A DNA stretch of 63,840 nucleotides, the filler included, from Perkinsus chesapeaki ATCC PRA-425 (Eukaryota; Protista; Perkinsozoa), in NCBI GenBank assembly GCA_013115145.1. It is 11 parts of 11 records of this genome, joined end to end, with 100 filler letters (N's around TTAATTAATTAA, not from the genome) between each part and the next. Parts side by side here need not be neighbours in the genome. Positions count along the whole stretch, not along the records: positions 37,794 to 39,229 come from JAAPAO010001960.1; positions 39,330 to 41,441 come from JAAPAO010001675.1; positions 41,542 to 49,539 come from JAAPAO010001000.1; positions 49,640 to 55,217 come from JAAPAO010001146.1; 7 more parts are not named here. The stretch is one strand, 5' to 3'. The notes under the pieces were generated by a model. That model was not told the origin of the DNA. It did no database searches and saw only the letters and a program-made list of their open reading frames with translations. Positions within the stretch are counted from its first letter, which is position 1, and every line of letters begins with the position of its first letter. Both the position numbers and the translations under genes were made by a program. Below, in pieces: positions 37,794 to 51,917 of the stretch.

Positions 37794-39229
37794 CCGCTCT
37801 TCGTTCTCCCTAGATTCACAGTCACCCGCAGACCTCTCTGACCCAGGACTGACTGATCCTTTATCCAAGTCGAATCTTAGAACAAGACAACATCCCATCA
37901 CTATTGCATCCGAAAGAGTGCAACGCCACGTGCGCTAATGTTCGGATGGATTTCAGTGGCAGTATACCCGTCCTTTTAGCGTCTTTGATCTTGTAGGCTA
38001 ACTTATTACATCCTCCCTTGCGCCCTCTATCAATCACCTCTTCCTCCTACTTCGAGGATATCTTCGCTGTCCTAATTTACTACTGCACTGGGCGGAGAGG
38101 TAGGATGTCTTCAGGGCGGAGACGTATCCCTTCAAAGTCGCAGGTGAGACTGACCGTCCTTCGACCATTACCGATATGAAATCTAACACCGCCGCCAACG
38201 GATGCTCCCGATCTAAGCAAGGAGCGGGACGTACTCCCACGAGTCGACTGCTCCAACAAGTGAGCCCGAGCCGCTTCCTTGTCTCCATTATTTCGCAGCT
38301 TTTAAGCTGCTGTACTCTTGCCAATCGGTGGTTCCTGTGAACGTCCCCTCTTCCTGGTCATGTGCACAAAGAAAACAAGGCTGCACCGAACTCAATCCAT
38401 CCCATACTCAGAAACATCCGGAAACGCCACGCCACCACTCCTAGCCAATGAGACCGCTCTGTGATGATACAATAAGCGGTTAGAATGTGGCGCACCTGCG
38501 CATCATTCTTCTCCCAACACTCAGGAACCGCCTTCGTTGATTGAAATCAGGAAACACAAGCGACTTTGGAGTAAACGTAGATCACTGTCACTCACTGAAG
38601 CAGAAATTCATGAGATTATGAGGTGATTCCTCACTTGCCACTTGTTTTCTCTTGCCTGGCCCTTCCGGATTACGTGCCTGGGGCTTGAAGTCATGTTGTG
38701 AAGGGAACAAAATGCACTTATTCTTTGGCAAATACGGACTCTCCTCCTTGAAGAACTTCCACTTTCCCGACCGAGCCCTTTCTCCGGTTGGAGTAGAGCC
38801 TGCCCTTGACTCAGGAGCCTGTACTGGACCCGACCTGGCGGGAGGAGGTTTCAAGGCGGACAAACAAATCAATTCCGTGACTTCGAAATCCTCGACTCTT
38901 GATAATACCATCCCAGCCCTCTCAGTATAAGACTTGCTCTCTATCTGCCTTATCCTATGGCTAAGAGTACTTGGCCTTTCAATAAAAGACTTGTCAACGG
39001 CCAGGGATGCCGCTTCACCCGACGTTAGGACTTTTGAGAGGTAGGCCAAACCTCACATACAAAGCTCAGATACATGTGGAATGTATCTGACAATGGCAAG
39101 GTTGCAGAGTGGAAATATGCCTGGCCATAAATGATGTGGCTGTTGCTCTCTTATTCGTGGATGAAGATGGTACTCATTGCACTCCTGAGAATCGATGGAA
39201 GCTCATATCTAACACACTCCGAGAGTTTT
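37794..39229 (-). mobile_element. Degenerate DIRS-like element: RNase H end plus tyrosine-recombinase N-terminal region
   Basis: VRYIPH..LAYLSK (RNase H-like C-terminus), then AAVLDFISVMVEGRSVSPATLKGYVSALKT, typical of the SAM-like domain preceding DIRS recombinases; many stops. Confidence 0.55.
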
Positions 39230-39699
39230 NNNNNNNNNNNNNNNNNNNNNNNNNNNNNNNNNNNNNNNNNNNNTTAATTAATTAANNNNNNNNNNNNNNN
39301 NNNNNNNNNNNNNNNNNNNNNNNNNNNNNTCCATGATATAACCAGATGAGGTGTGTCGCCCAATGTAACTCTTTAACATTATTATTGGGCATTATATAAT
39401 AATATGCATTACTTTATCATGTCAACATGTGTCTGTTATATTCCTGCTTGAATCTACCCCAAACTCAGTCATACTGAGTAGTAAGTTAGAGCCCTTTGAA
39501 GTATGAAGTATTCTTCATAACTTTCGCAGTACTGTAAGCGAATCGAGTTTATTAATAGTAAGACATGAAGCAAGTTGCGGCGAAGGGTTTTTGGTTCATA
39601 ATGCTCAAGCTACTCGCCTCACAATGTGTGCCAGAATTCTCCGCACTATGCCTAATTTATAATTTGTCTCATCTCTTTCCAAGTTGACGAGGGTTTCCT

Positions 39700-41230
39700 G
39701 GTTTCGTCAATAGTGGATGCTGCATGAGTTAATTAATGAACCACTTTGCGGGCAGGTGAGGGCTTCTGTTTGTCCACGTATAACGAACTCAATACGGAAA
39801 GTCTTTCCGCTGAAAAGCGATCTTTCTGGATTGCGCACTCATTGTGCACCGTGTGGTGATACAATACTTCCACGGCTATTGTTGGTAACACTATATCACT
39901 TGTCAGCATGAAAAATGACACTGATAATCATCTCGAATGTAGATGCAAAGGGGCCCAATTAGCTCAGCTGATAGTAGTTGCCGGGTTCACGAACAACGAC
40001 TGCAACTAGGGCACGGATCGCAGATAAGCGAGGGGCATCACGGATGCACTATGCAAGCCGCATCTGTGGTCACCAGACATAACTCGCCTAAATGAGTAGG
40101 CTTTCTCGGGTCATCGTTGCGATAACTTCCACCGGATGTTAAAGAAATAACGCGACAATTGTGATGATAGACGGAACGTAGCGTCATAGAAAGAATGCCC
40201 TCTACGATCTTTTGCAGTTCAAGTGTCTCAAAAAGTGCCTTCTCTGTAGTAGAGTTCAAAGATCCTTCTTGGATGGATGAAGAGCTTGCTTCATTGACAG
40301 ATCTATTCTCGTCTTTGTTGGCCAGAAAGCTCTCACTTTTCTTCTTTGCAATCGGTGCCTCCCGTGAGAGAAGCTTGCGTTCTCTAGCGGACAGGGATGA
40401 GTCACTGAAAATGAAAACGTTGAGAACTAATGCGATGGACTGAGTCCCGCGCCTGATAAAACTCATCACAGCGTTTCACCGCATTCGTAAAACAAAAGAA
40501 TATCTTCCAATTATACTATCATTAGTCGAAGATCAACTCACAGGTCGTTCAGGGCCTTTTGTCGGCTGGCCAGATCCTTGCACACTTCCTCAAGCTCCAT
40601 CGCAACAAGGGCGCTTCGCTTCCTCCCACTACAGCGTGACACGATTTTCAGTTTATGTTTTTCCAAAACTCACCCATCGTTTGGGATTCCCCGCGCAGAC
40701 CTAATTTTCAATTCGTCAATCTTTAGTTGCAATACACCGTTCTCATGCTCCAAACCACTGACCTGACCAAACAGGTCCTGGAGTTCTTGGATGCCACCGA
40801 GCCCACCCTCTCTTGAAGATCCATCCTTTCCAGCGAAAACCTCACATTGCAATCATCTCGTACTCGTTGTAACTAAGCGTTATAGAGCATCAGCTCACTC
40901 AAGATAGTCACTGCTGCATCGAACGTTATTCTGGCAATCAAACGGTGCGATCCCGAGCGAATCCCCTCCTGTACTGGTGCAACCAGGAGTGCTACATAAG
41001 ACGTATCTACTGCTTGCCTTATCTTTGAGTATTTTAGTTTGCTCTGTGAGTCTGGCCACAACCCTGTCAAATTCACTCTGGGAAACGGAAGTTCGTCTGA
41101 TTTCGATTATAGCAGCGGAATGAGCTGCTCGGAGATCGTTAATCTACAACAGTAACGTAATCAACGCCAATTGTTTGCCTGTTGCAAACTTCTTTTTCAT
41201 GTCGGCTTCTCTCCGTTAAAAGCTGGGCAT
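39700..41230 (-). CDS. Hypothetical multi-exon coiled-coil protein
   Basis: Exon-like ORFs 40038-40469 and 40670-40852 (IQELQDLFGQVSGLEHENGVLQLKIDELK); boundaries approximate. Confidence 0.4.
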
Positions 41231-41370
41231 GAAGCTCATCGGCAACCGAAGTGATCTGCTCTAACTTGGCCTCGTACTGAAATGGAGGACATCTACACCT
41301 TTTCAACGCCTATTTCGACAATTGTAACTTCAATTTCGACGGGCGGGCCAAATTTACGTTGAGATTCTCG

Positions 41371-41441
41371 TTTAGTATCGGCCACTTCAATATACCCTGG
41401 GAGGTGGTAGTGGTGGTTTAGTATCGGCCACTTCAATATAC
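41371..41441. repeat. 46-bp minisatellite at contig end
   Basis: TTTAGTATCGGCCACTTCAATATACCCTGGGAGGTGGTAGTGGTGG starts at 41371 and 41417. Confidence 0.92.
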
Positions 41442-41593
41442 NNNNNNNNNNNNNNNNNNNNNNNNNNNNNNNNNNNNNNNNNNNNTTAATTAATTAANNN
41501 NNNNNNNNNNNNNNNNNNNNNNNNNNNNNNNNNNNNNNNNNCAATGTAGTGCAAATCCAATATCTTTGTTTCGTGCATTGTGTCTGAAATTAT

Positions 41594-44500
41594 TTGGGGT
41601 GTGCGTGCGGTACTTCCTTAATCTCTGGAGATTTCACAGCCGCTACATTCGCAAGCTCAATCCGCTTATCATTAAATGGTATTGCTTCACAGGCTGCTAC
41701 ATGTGGATTGGTTTATACTAACGCACAGTTAAGAAGTTATTTTATCAATGCCTTAAATGATAAACTACGGTGTGTTGCTAAAACTACTTACCCTCATATA
41801 CATGATCCTATTGAATTGGCTGAACATCTGGATATGTTTATCACAGAGCAAGATGATCAGTTACAGTACTTTCCACCTAATCCTGGACGACAACCACTAA
41901 AAGTCCCTACACCTGCACAACCAAGTGCTCCTAATCCTAAGCAACCTCCACCTAAAAAGAAGTTGCTAACTGATGATGACTTTGAAAAACTAAAAGGCAA
42001 AGGTATTTGCTTTCATTATTATCGTGGATATTGTTATAATGGTGACACCTGTCCTTACAAACATATTCTACAATCTGATGTTGATAAATCTTCTGATGAC
42101 AAACCTAAGAAAGTATCTCAAAGATGTGTCAAAGACTTGACATCTAAAAGGTTGAGGCTACTGTGTCCTACTTTCCCAGATTGGGAAATTATCTTGGATA
42201 CTGGTTGCACTGATACACTCATCAGTAAAGAATTTGCTAGCATTCTCCTCAAGACCCTAGACAATGTTATTATAACAAAGTCTTTCGCTTCTTTTCAGAC
42301 AATAAGAGAAGAAGATGAACTAATCTCAAATCATAGACTCTCTGCACTTCTACCTATTATTGATGTAGATGGCTGTGAGTATCACTTATCTATTAATCCC
42401 TTCATTATTCCACCAATTAGTGAAGCAGACATGCTAATTGGTATGGATCTTCTAGATATGATTGGCTCTGGTTTGAATCTTATCGGCTTTATTGATGAAT
42501 CACAACATCCAATTACTTCATTTTTCAACTACGAAGATGAAGCAAACAATACTATTCACTTAAATCATAAAAGTCTACATATAGATGTATCTGGTAAATT
42601 GGATGGACCTATTGACTATCCACCTGTACCACCCCAACATGTAATTGTGGATACTGTACTCACTTCTCCTTGGTTAGCGATTACGGTCAGAAAGAATGCT
42701 GATGACTCTACGGACTCTCCCAAGTGGTTTCATATTGACCTAAGTAATCAAGCTACATCACTAGCATTTGAACAACAGTTCAAAAGAGTACCAGATCACC
42801 ATTGGCGGATGAAAATGACTTCTGAAGAGGGAAAATAACAAGTACAAGAAAAAATTGATGGGTTTATTCAAAATGATATGCTGGAAGTGGTTAATGATGA
42901 AAAAAGAAATATGTTTACTAGTAATATTTATGCAGTACAAGGCAGAAAGAGATGGAGACCTGTAGCACCTTTTCTTAATCTTAATACTATGCTGAGAAGC
43001 TTCATGTCTTCATATAATATCGTCAACCCCCAAACTAAATTATCAAAATGTTTGAACCGTCTTAGATTAGCACCTTCTTGTAGATTATTAGATATACAAG
43101 ATGACTTTATGAGAGTTCATATTGGTTGCAATCTCTCTGCTATGACTATGATTACATATAATAATACTACCTTTCAGTTTAAACGAATGTTGTACGGACA
43201 AGCACTTGCCCCACTTGTCTTAGAATTGATAATGAGTTATTTGGCTAAAAAGATCACTTGTTGTTCTACTACTCAGTTATTTACTACACCTATTATTGAT
43301 CAGTCGGGAGATTATCATATCCCACCATTAGCCCATTATATGGATGATATCCTGATCTTTTCCAATGATAATACTTTTGATAAATTACTATCAGAGTATT
43401 CTCTACCAATTACTGAAGAACAGTTACCTACAGTAGCGATACTTTTATTCATACATTACGTATTCTTAGCAATCACAATTATATTAAGTATAATGATATA
43501 AAATATACTCAGGTTTATACTGTTGACTCTACTAACCTCACATTTGGTTCAGCTCTTAGTTTACTTGCTATTATTGTTAGTGAACCATCTGATGTATTAC
43601 CATTACACATTTTACCTCTTAAACATAGACTTATTAGTATGGTTGGACTATCTAGATATGTGCTTAATAAGAAGTGGAATGACTTATTACCCTCTGAAAT
43701 AGCTGACGTTATACAAAGTTGGCAAGATTATGTTAAGACTTCTCCACTACCACTTGTACCTCGAAGATTATATACTAACCAACAGCTGGATATATACTGT
43801 GATGCTAGTACTCAACTATTATGCATTATTGGTATGCAAAATGGCAACGTGGTTCTACAACACCAGACTTTGTTGACCTCAAATGAGACCTATTTACATG
43901 CTAATGTACTAGAAATATATTCTGCTTTTAAAGCGTTAAGCAGACTTATAGAGATAGAACTCGACTCTACACTGATATTCACCAATGTTCACTTTCACTT
44001 GGATTCGATGACTTCTATATCAGTACTAGAATCTGGAAGAGTTTCATCCAGAAATAAACAAGACGGGTTGCAGAAGAAGTATTTGGCATTATTTGATCAT
44101 TTACGTGGTAATCGACTATTTCATTTTCACTATATTGAAGGCAAAAATAATCCTGCTGATATTGGCATAAGATCTGATTTACTCCAAAAAGTGACTGTCA
44201 TCTGGTCTGCATATCATGAACAATCTATGGCTTTGAAGTCTTCGAAAAAAGTTATCCAACCTATTCGAAAACGACAAGATGACCCCTCCATGACTACCTC
44301 GACTAAAAAAGCCCGTATTACTGTGTTCAAGCGAACCTCAAGAAGCAATAGCTTACCTCCAACTGGTAAAGCCCCTACTCCGTCATCATCCCCCTCTAGA
44401 AGCCAAAGTGCCGAACCTCGACCCAGTGCCGATAGTAATATTCTACCTAATATCTTACCTATTGTGCCTCCGGATTTACAACAAGAACTTTCATGCTATG

Positions 44501-45423
44501 AGAAAGACGACAAAGGAAGATTTATTGTCACTGATCCTACTCATCAGTCTCAACTATTATCATTAACTCATCAATATCACCATGAAGGTCAAGAACCTAC
44601 TAAATTCCGAGTTGACCAAATTGCCACATGGCCGACCATTCAGGATGACAACAAGACTATACTAGACAAATGCGAGGTCTGCGCTCGCACCCAAATAAAA
44701 AAAGGTGATCACTGGTTCAAGATGAAGCCTGTGCCTCGTCCTTTACCAGAATGGCCCTTCATGAAGGTTCAGCTAGACGATCTTGGACCACGTTATAACA
44801 AATATCATTGCTTACTACTTATTGATGTACTATATGGTTATGTCATTAGTCTACCATTGAGTCATACTCCTACCTATGATGATGTTATCCACCTCCTGAA
44901 GGAGACTCACCTTATCTACGGTATTTTTCCTTCATTGGTTAAAAGTGATAAGGCTTCTTATTTCGTTAAAGCCAATTCTGAGTTATCATCCTTACCTTAT
45001 GCACCAATATGGGAATGGTCTAGTGCATCACAAAGTGTTGGTATGATAGAACGAACTATCAAGGAGTTTAATAAGAAGATTCGACGTTATCTTGGACATC
45101 TATCTATTATTACTTTGGATCAATGGATATCTACCATTCGATTCACTACTTCGGAGATCAACTCTTATCCTCAACTTCAAGCACAAGGACTTAGCCCTAG
45201 AGACCTGATTTTCCGTCATCCTGCTCAGCATCCTATTACTTATCAACCTACTAAGCTGAGAATATCGTATGATAATATTGATGCAATCTGGCGTTCTCAT
45301 AGAAATAAGAGTCGCCAAGCGACTTGTAATCGAGTCAGTGTTAGAAATGACAATCTATCGGTTGGTGACTATGTATATGTCTTGAAAGACCCATTCTGCC
45401 AAGCATCACTTTCTCTTCAGTAA
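41594..45423 (+). mobile_element. LTR retrotransposon gag-PR-RT-RNaseH-integrase (Ty3/Gypsy or BEL/Pao order), disrupted
   Basis: CFHYYRGYCYNGDTCPYKH finger, ILDTGC protease, FKRMLYG..HYMDD RT, YCDAS/LEIY/LDS/NNPADI RNase H, HHCC plus QLDDLGP/KSDKAS/MIER integrase. In-frame TAA at 42836-42838 and a frameshift near 43420-43440. Confidence 0.93.
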
Positions 45424-45651
45424 ACCCCTTAAAATATTAACTATCAATGGAAATACTATCACTACTGAGGACGGTGCTATTCATCACAGTAGTCATGTTA
45501 AAAAACAATAGATTGTCAATCGATTTTCTTTACGTTTCTATCTTTGTATACGATCCTACCCACTACACATTGATCTGTATTACTCCCAGCTCTACCTCTA
45601 CCCCCTTACATAGTATACATAATACTACGATTCTGGCTTTCAATTGCATCT

Positions 45652-45865
45652 GGGAGAGGGATGTGCGTCTGCGTGCAGATGTACGCATACACAAACACCA
45701 TAGATTAAGGATCATCTCAACCCTTACTGTTGGGTTTAACAGATGTGTGAGAATCGTAACTTGTGATTCAAGCAAGATTAGCAAGATTGCAAGAATCTCT
45801 TGTGTAACACAAATGTCTTTGAGCTAAGCTTAGTGTAGATTGATTGTCTAGTAGTAGACTCATAA
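45652..45865 (+). repeat. Polypurine tract and probable 3' LTR
   Basis: GGGAGAGGGA (45652-45661) is followed directly by TG at 45662, downstream of the integrase. Right end uncertain (GTAACA near 45809 is a candidate); the 5' LTR is not in the contig. Confidence 0.6.
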
Positions 45866-46253
45866 CTTTGCTGTATATATTCTTATTCCACGAGCTCTAT
45901 GCCGATGCGTTATCAATTCATTAAATTCAAGTTCAACGAGAGCCAAGTACAGCAACAGGATGGTATATCGGCGATTGACCCGTCTCTTCGCACAATCTGG
46001 GAGAGTTGAGTTGGGGCCGGCTAGCGCAGGATACTTGGTTACAGTTGTCAACTTATCTGCTGGCCAACACGTACTGAAACTATATTTGGGGCGACGAGTC
46101 GTCGCCGACGACCCTCTGTGACAGAATAACACGATAAAACCTGTTGTTTCTTCGTTGCGTGGGGTCGAGAGCTCTTGACTATCAAACTCAACAACTTTTG
46201 CTCCCCTGTCATATGTTACACTTCTATTAATTATCATATACAAATAACCACCT

Positions 46254-49111
46254 TCAAGCGCCCGAGCAGCAAAGCCGGCCGAGCAATTCCTTAACGCGCT
46301 CCCTCGATTTCGCGTCAGTCTTTCCAATAAAGTCGTTCGTGGCGTCCAGCCTCTTCCACGCTCTCTCTAACACATCAGGGGGCACTTCGCTGCACACTTG
46401 GGCGAGCAAAGCTCGCAAGGCATCTTGCTGCGGCGCGAACACCATAGCCGTCAGGGCGCACCTCAGAATCTCTTGGACTTCCGAAACCGTCGCAGATTCC
46501 AGGAATTGACTCGACACAGCGAGGCTCGTGATATGAGACAGCAGCTCATTGGCTCTGGTTTCGCAAGCCTTCCGCAAAGCCGCTAGGAATATCATTTTCA
46601 GTTGGTCCTTCGACGGCTTAGTATCCTCTTCACCAGAGATGGCCACGGCGAGCTCGGCGAAACAGCGGGATATGTCAGCCAGCGATCCTTCTTGCAACAT
46701 CATCATCATTCTTTCGACAATCGACAAGTCGGTGGACATCACCAGTGGCTGCGCGACGCTACGTCTTGCCCGAGAGAGCTCCTTCTCAGCTTTTGCCCTG
46801 GCCGCTGCATGCTCAAGCTGAGCCCGATTAGACTTCTCCAAGAGACCGCAGACCTTCACGTACTCGTCATGAAGCTCCTCGTAGTGCTTCTTCAACTCAT
46901 CGATTTCTTTTCTCATATTGGGGTCATACATCGCAGACTTCTTTTGAACAATCGGCAGGATCACAGAGCCGTTCTCAGCACAAATAGTAGCTGATTTCTT
47001 AACTTCACTCTCTTGGTCTTCGCCGTTCACGAGTCTCTGTGCCTTGGCGCGCACCTTAGGTCGCACCCCGAGGGCATTGACAACGTTCAACCGCACCCAC
47101 GGGCGCACTGCCTGGACCTAGAAGAGCCCTTCAGGAGTCGGTTGAGCCGATTGGCGATCATTAGACTTACCTGATCGGCGATGACTCGTCCGACTTGAAC
47201 CATGACCTCCACCGGTGCCTTCAGGGCAACCAACGCCCGCCATGTATCAGCGGCGGTCTTGGGTGGCTTCAGCTCGGCGATCGCGATAATAGCAGGGGAC
47301 GACACACTCGTTGGAGATGTAATCAGCAGAGGAAGGAGGCGTTTCATCAGCAAGTCGAAGGCCAGGTGGCCGGTCGAGCCGACAAGCTCCTCCGCGACCA
47401 AACAGGCAGCGCGTGCAAGAGCCACAGGAGGCCCGCGGTAGACGGGGTTAGCCAGGGCCTCAAACACCGCGAAAGGATAAGGAATCTGCTGAATATCTGC
47501 CGGATGAGTGATGTCTTGTAGCTGGCCTTTATCCTTCTGCTGCCCCTTCAATACCAACTCTATATAAGCCACCAAAGCTTTTCTCCGGGCCCGAAGAACT
47601 TCTGCCAGTGCGCCAAGCCCATCCACTTGGGCCGTCGATCGCTTCAAAGCAGCCACCGCCTGGACGACCTTCCTCACGGCAGATCTGCACTCCGCGACCA
47701 TCTCGCTGTCTTCATACACGCTCAGTGGGTCTGCCACTGTCGCTCTCTTGATTCTCGGGATCTCAGTCTGCAACGTGTCTGGCGGCGGAGGCTTCAACTT
47801 TCTCTCTTCGACCGTGTCCTCACGCGTCTCGAGCTCAGTCGGCGCGAACCAAGGCAGGAATCTTTCCAACTCTTTTTCAATCATTCGAGGATACCCCGCC
47901 ACGGGAGCGCATATCATTTCGCCTTCTCCCGGCAAAGCCACTGAGCTCAGCAACGCAGCCAAGTTCCGAATTTCGTGGCGCGGTGACTTTTTCACAACAG
48001 TAAGTAGGTTTTCTACAAAGCCAGCCACACCCAGCCTCCCCACAATCCTGCCGAGCTCCCCTTCCTCGACACCTCGACGAGCCATCTGTTGTATGATGTC
48101 GAGGGGATCACCAACTCCTTCGCTCCTCCCATCGCTTTGCCCGCTGCTCTCTGGCGAGTATCTTTCGGTCTCAGTAGTGTCGGCTTCAACCTTATCCACA
48201 TCGAGCGTGCTCAACCTGTGTCCCGCGTTCAGTATGGGTAGCAGCGCCCGCCCACCGAATGGCAGCTCTACCGAGGCCTCCGCCGTCATCATCGTGCCGA
48301 TCTTACCGGAGATTATTTCCCACGCCCCCCTCCAAAGTTCTTCAAGGTCCTCGGCCCCCTCAATGCTATTTTTCACTTTTTCCATCAGTTTCGCCACCCC
48401 TTCCTTTCCCCGACCAGCCAACACGCCAGCTCGAGCCACCGCCATAAGAACAGCCTTCACAACTTCATGAGAGTCGTTTGTCGCCTGCGTCACTTCCAAC
48501 AAGGCACATACCAACTCCGTCCTCTCATCCTCGCCACAATCAGCCAGTCGATCTGTCGCGGCGTTAATCAACTGCAGCACTCGCCCGCCGGGGTCCCTCA
48601 ATTTCTCTCGCAAATCGCTCAAATTCACTTTTTCCATAAGAATCTCCTCATCCTCACTCCTGCCGCTCCACTCCTTCGACAATATCGTACTAAGCATCGG
48701 TTCCGAAGCCCCCGCGGGTTTGATCGGCGAGCATGTATTATTGTTCGACGGCTGATTCTGCGTCCAGTCCGTCGACAGCGATCGTCTCATCTCCGTAACA
48801 CTACTCTCTCCTCGATCTCTCTCCGCCGGGACTATCTGCAGTGTCCCCTCTCCCATCAACAACGTCGCTTCCATTACCGCCGTCCCAAACTCAATCGAAA
48901 CATTTTCCGACGATGATTGCGTCTGCGCGAATCGGTCTCTCGAGTCTCCCGTCTGCCCCTCCGGCATGCCTCCCTCCTCCCCAGGGTTGAAATCAAATTC
49001 CAACCAAGAGGCACTCCCATACGAAGTGATCGGTCCCGATGCTCCTCGGGTAGCTTCCACCAGCCGCGGCGGCGGTGCCGGCGAGACATGCTTCGGTGGA
49101 AGGTCCGACAT
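46254..49111 (-). CDS. Large hypothetical protein (~934 aa, helical repeat/coiled-coil), two exons
   Basis: ORFs 47087-49147 and 46254-47108 join in frame across a phase-0 GT-AG intron at 47118-47170 (..ADQ|VQAVRPW..); ATG at 49111. Confidence 0.8.
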
Positions 49112-51917
49112 TCTGCCTGGTATTGAATTAACTCTCAAAATCAACAAAACTCTGTAAAGGAAACGTTAATGACCGTCGCGAGAATTTGTCAAGCTTTCTA
49201 GTCTAGAGCATCTGACAGCGGAGCGATGCGTTTCGCGAATACAGGTTTTCCGACTTACTTTTCGAGACCGTCTTCCTGTATAAAAGTCCTCATCGCGCGT
49301 ATTGTCGTGACGGCCCCTTGTACCGCCAGTGAGGTCGCTTTTTCAAAGGCCTCGACGCCGAGTTTGCCCTCCAAACAGAGATAGTTCAACTGACACGATC
49401 GAATGGTTCACTCAACCACAAAGATGGGGTTCCCAGCAGACAGAAACAGAGAGGCGTATAAGTACAGGTTTGATAGGAAATATGTTACTAGTGATACGGA
49501 GGAGGAGATATAATAGAAAGGAGTTTGATAGGAAATATGNNNNNNNNNNNNNNNNNNNNNNNNNNNNNNNNNNNNNNNNNNNNTTAATTAATTAANNNNN
49601 NNNNNNNNNNNNNNNNNNNNNNNNNNNNNNNNNNNNNNNTGAAATTAATAAAGGAAATGATGATCCAGGAATTATTAAAATACAAATGAAGGAGCACTTC
49701 CTAACTGGACCGCCTCCCGGGAATAACGTTATAAATCGGAGGAAGGTACGATTCCATCCCATGCCATTTTATTTGTAATCTATTTAGAAGTCTAATACAA
49801 GCAACTGCACCCCGAAAAGCGGCGGAGGCAGGTCAAGGTCGGGCAGCGCTAGGCGATGAATCGGCTTCCCTCAAGATTGTTGTTATTAAGATGTCATCGT
49901 TAACGACATCAGTTTAAGCTCATACGCCCCTCCCGCCGCCTCCCATTTGCCACCATTGTTGTTTAGGAGCCAATAAGTTTACTTGGGCTCATCCGGATAT
50001 ATCAATTGAGCGTCGCGGCATTCATCGTTATCATAATCATCATCATTATCTTTGTGGATAACGCGATCGCTGTTATTAGTAAAGTGCCGTTCAAGGCCGC
50101 ACATGTCACCGTTAAGAGTGTATAGGTTTTTTTTCGTGTAAATAGGATCATCATCATCATAAATTTATGACACATTATTATTATTATCACTACTACCAGC
50201 AACATCACTGTGACAGTATCCCTCCGTCTCTCTACCGACTATTACCATATTATTTTTGTTTTGTTTACTGCGGGTTTGTTCATCATATGGCAGTAAAGTT
50301 TATTTTTATGTATTCCTATTCCCCAGCACAACAGAGCAACAACGGCGGTTATCAAGTAAGACTGTTTTTCATCGTTGTGTCGTCGGTATTATTGTATCTC
50401 CTTTCTGAGATTTGGTGAAGTGGGTGGCGGAGAAATGTCACTATCGTAACAATTAATTAGAAATGTGGTTTTGGAAGCCAGCGAGCATCGTGAGCATTTG
50501 ATTGCCGTACTGGTTTGTAGAATGTTACTTTTGGTTCCACCGGGGGTGAAAGGTATCGCTCAGGCGAGGCATGCTGCATCAACAGGCGATGAGGACGCTG
50601 TTGGAGACTGCATGGGGCGGATGGTTGGGTATTGAGGGATGTTTTGAAGGTTTGGGAAAACAGCTGGTCAGATCAGATACTTGAACGAGAGTGAAACAAA
50701 GCTGAAGCAGCTGGTGGTGGAGAACACTCAACTGCGGGAATTGGTGATAGGCTTGTCAATAATGAATATGTGGTTGGAGGGTAACTGGGGGGTGTATGAC
50801 AGGTTCAAAGGGCCAACGAGGCATTGCGAAGAAGGCATGAGTTGGATAATCAGAAGGGGATGAGTATGCTCCCTCCGAAGGGTGTTGGAATGCCACACCA
50901 TCATCATCCTCCACCATTTGTTTGGAGACCTAGTCCGGAGTAATGTGGTTAGGTCTGGGGCGATATCTGGGTAACAGTAGATGATTTGCAGAATCGTACT
51001 CTCCCATGCCCTACCAGCATTAGAAATTTATATGAATAATGAAAAGTTAAAATGGCTTTTGAAACTTGGCTTTGTCACATTTATCATCTTAACTTTTCCT
51101 CACATTGCAGCAGTTGCGGTCCGATTTGGTTCAATTAAGCGTCAGATACAGAAGCGAGTTCGACGTCAGCGGCAGTCAGTGTGAGTTGGTTACTAAGCGA
51201 GGAGACTACCCCGAGATGGGATGGGTTATACCTGTTGGGGGTAGCAGTGTAATCTTACTGCTCATTCAACGACACCTATCAGGTAGCCTGGTCCTCTCTG
51301 TCGGTGGACTTTATCAGTGGTCACTAGAAGTTGTGTCGAAGTGTCCCCATAGGCCACAGGTTCAGTTTGGCATCCACGGTGAAGGGCATGGGAAGCCTTG
51401 GCGACTGGTCACGACATCTCGGTGCAGTAAAGCTATGAGGGAGGAGCTTGATGAGGAAGGATGGTTTAGGTTTATCGAGCGATGATGAGCCATGGCAGGA
51501 CAGACCAGCAGGGGACCGTCTCATTCGAGAGGGAGATCTGGTGGGGGGGTCGCTGATTTGATCCTCGCATGCTCCATTTTAGATTAACGTTATTGTCGAT
51601 CTTCGAGGCATCAACGGCAACCCGGGGGCGCTTCTTTACTCGGTCAATGATGGGCCTTTCGAGGTCGAAATTTCCCGAGTGAATTCTTGCGCGCCTCAAT
51701 TCTCTTTCAGGTGGCATTTTCTAACCTTCCGATGGATCCTTCAGCTCGAATGATTCCGGTAGTGAGCATGGGAGGAGGAGGCTCAGCCGTCCGAGTGAGG
51801 GGCGCTGCTATGGCCTCACAAGCATGGGTGCAGCCATCAGTACTGTAGTGTTGTCTCAAAGAGTTATTGGGCGTAGAGTTGAGGGAAATATGGTAGAATT
51901 AGCAGGTGCTAAAGATC

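Noticed and set aside
47195-49157. Long plus-strand ORFs opposite the 46254-49111 gene, and opposite the DIRS RNase H at 22068-22819
   Set aside because: Expected antisense open frames of GC-rich coding sequence.
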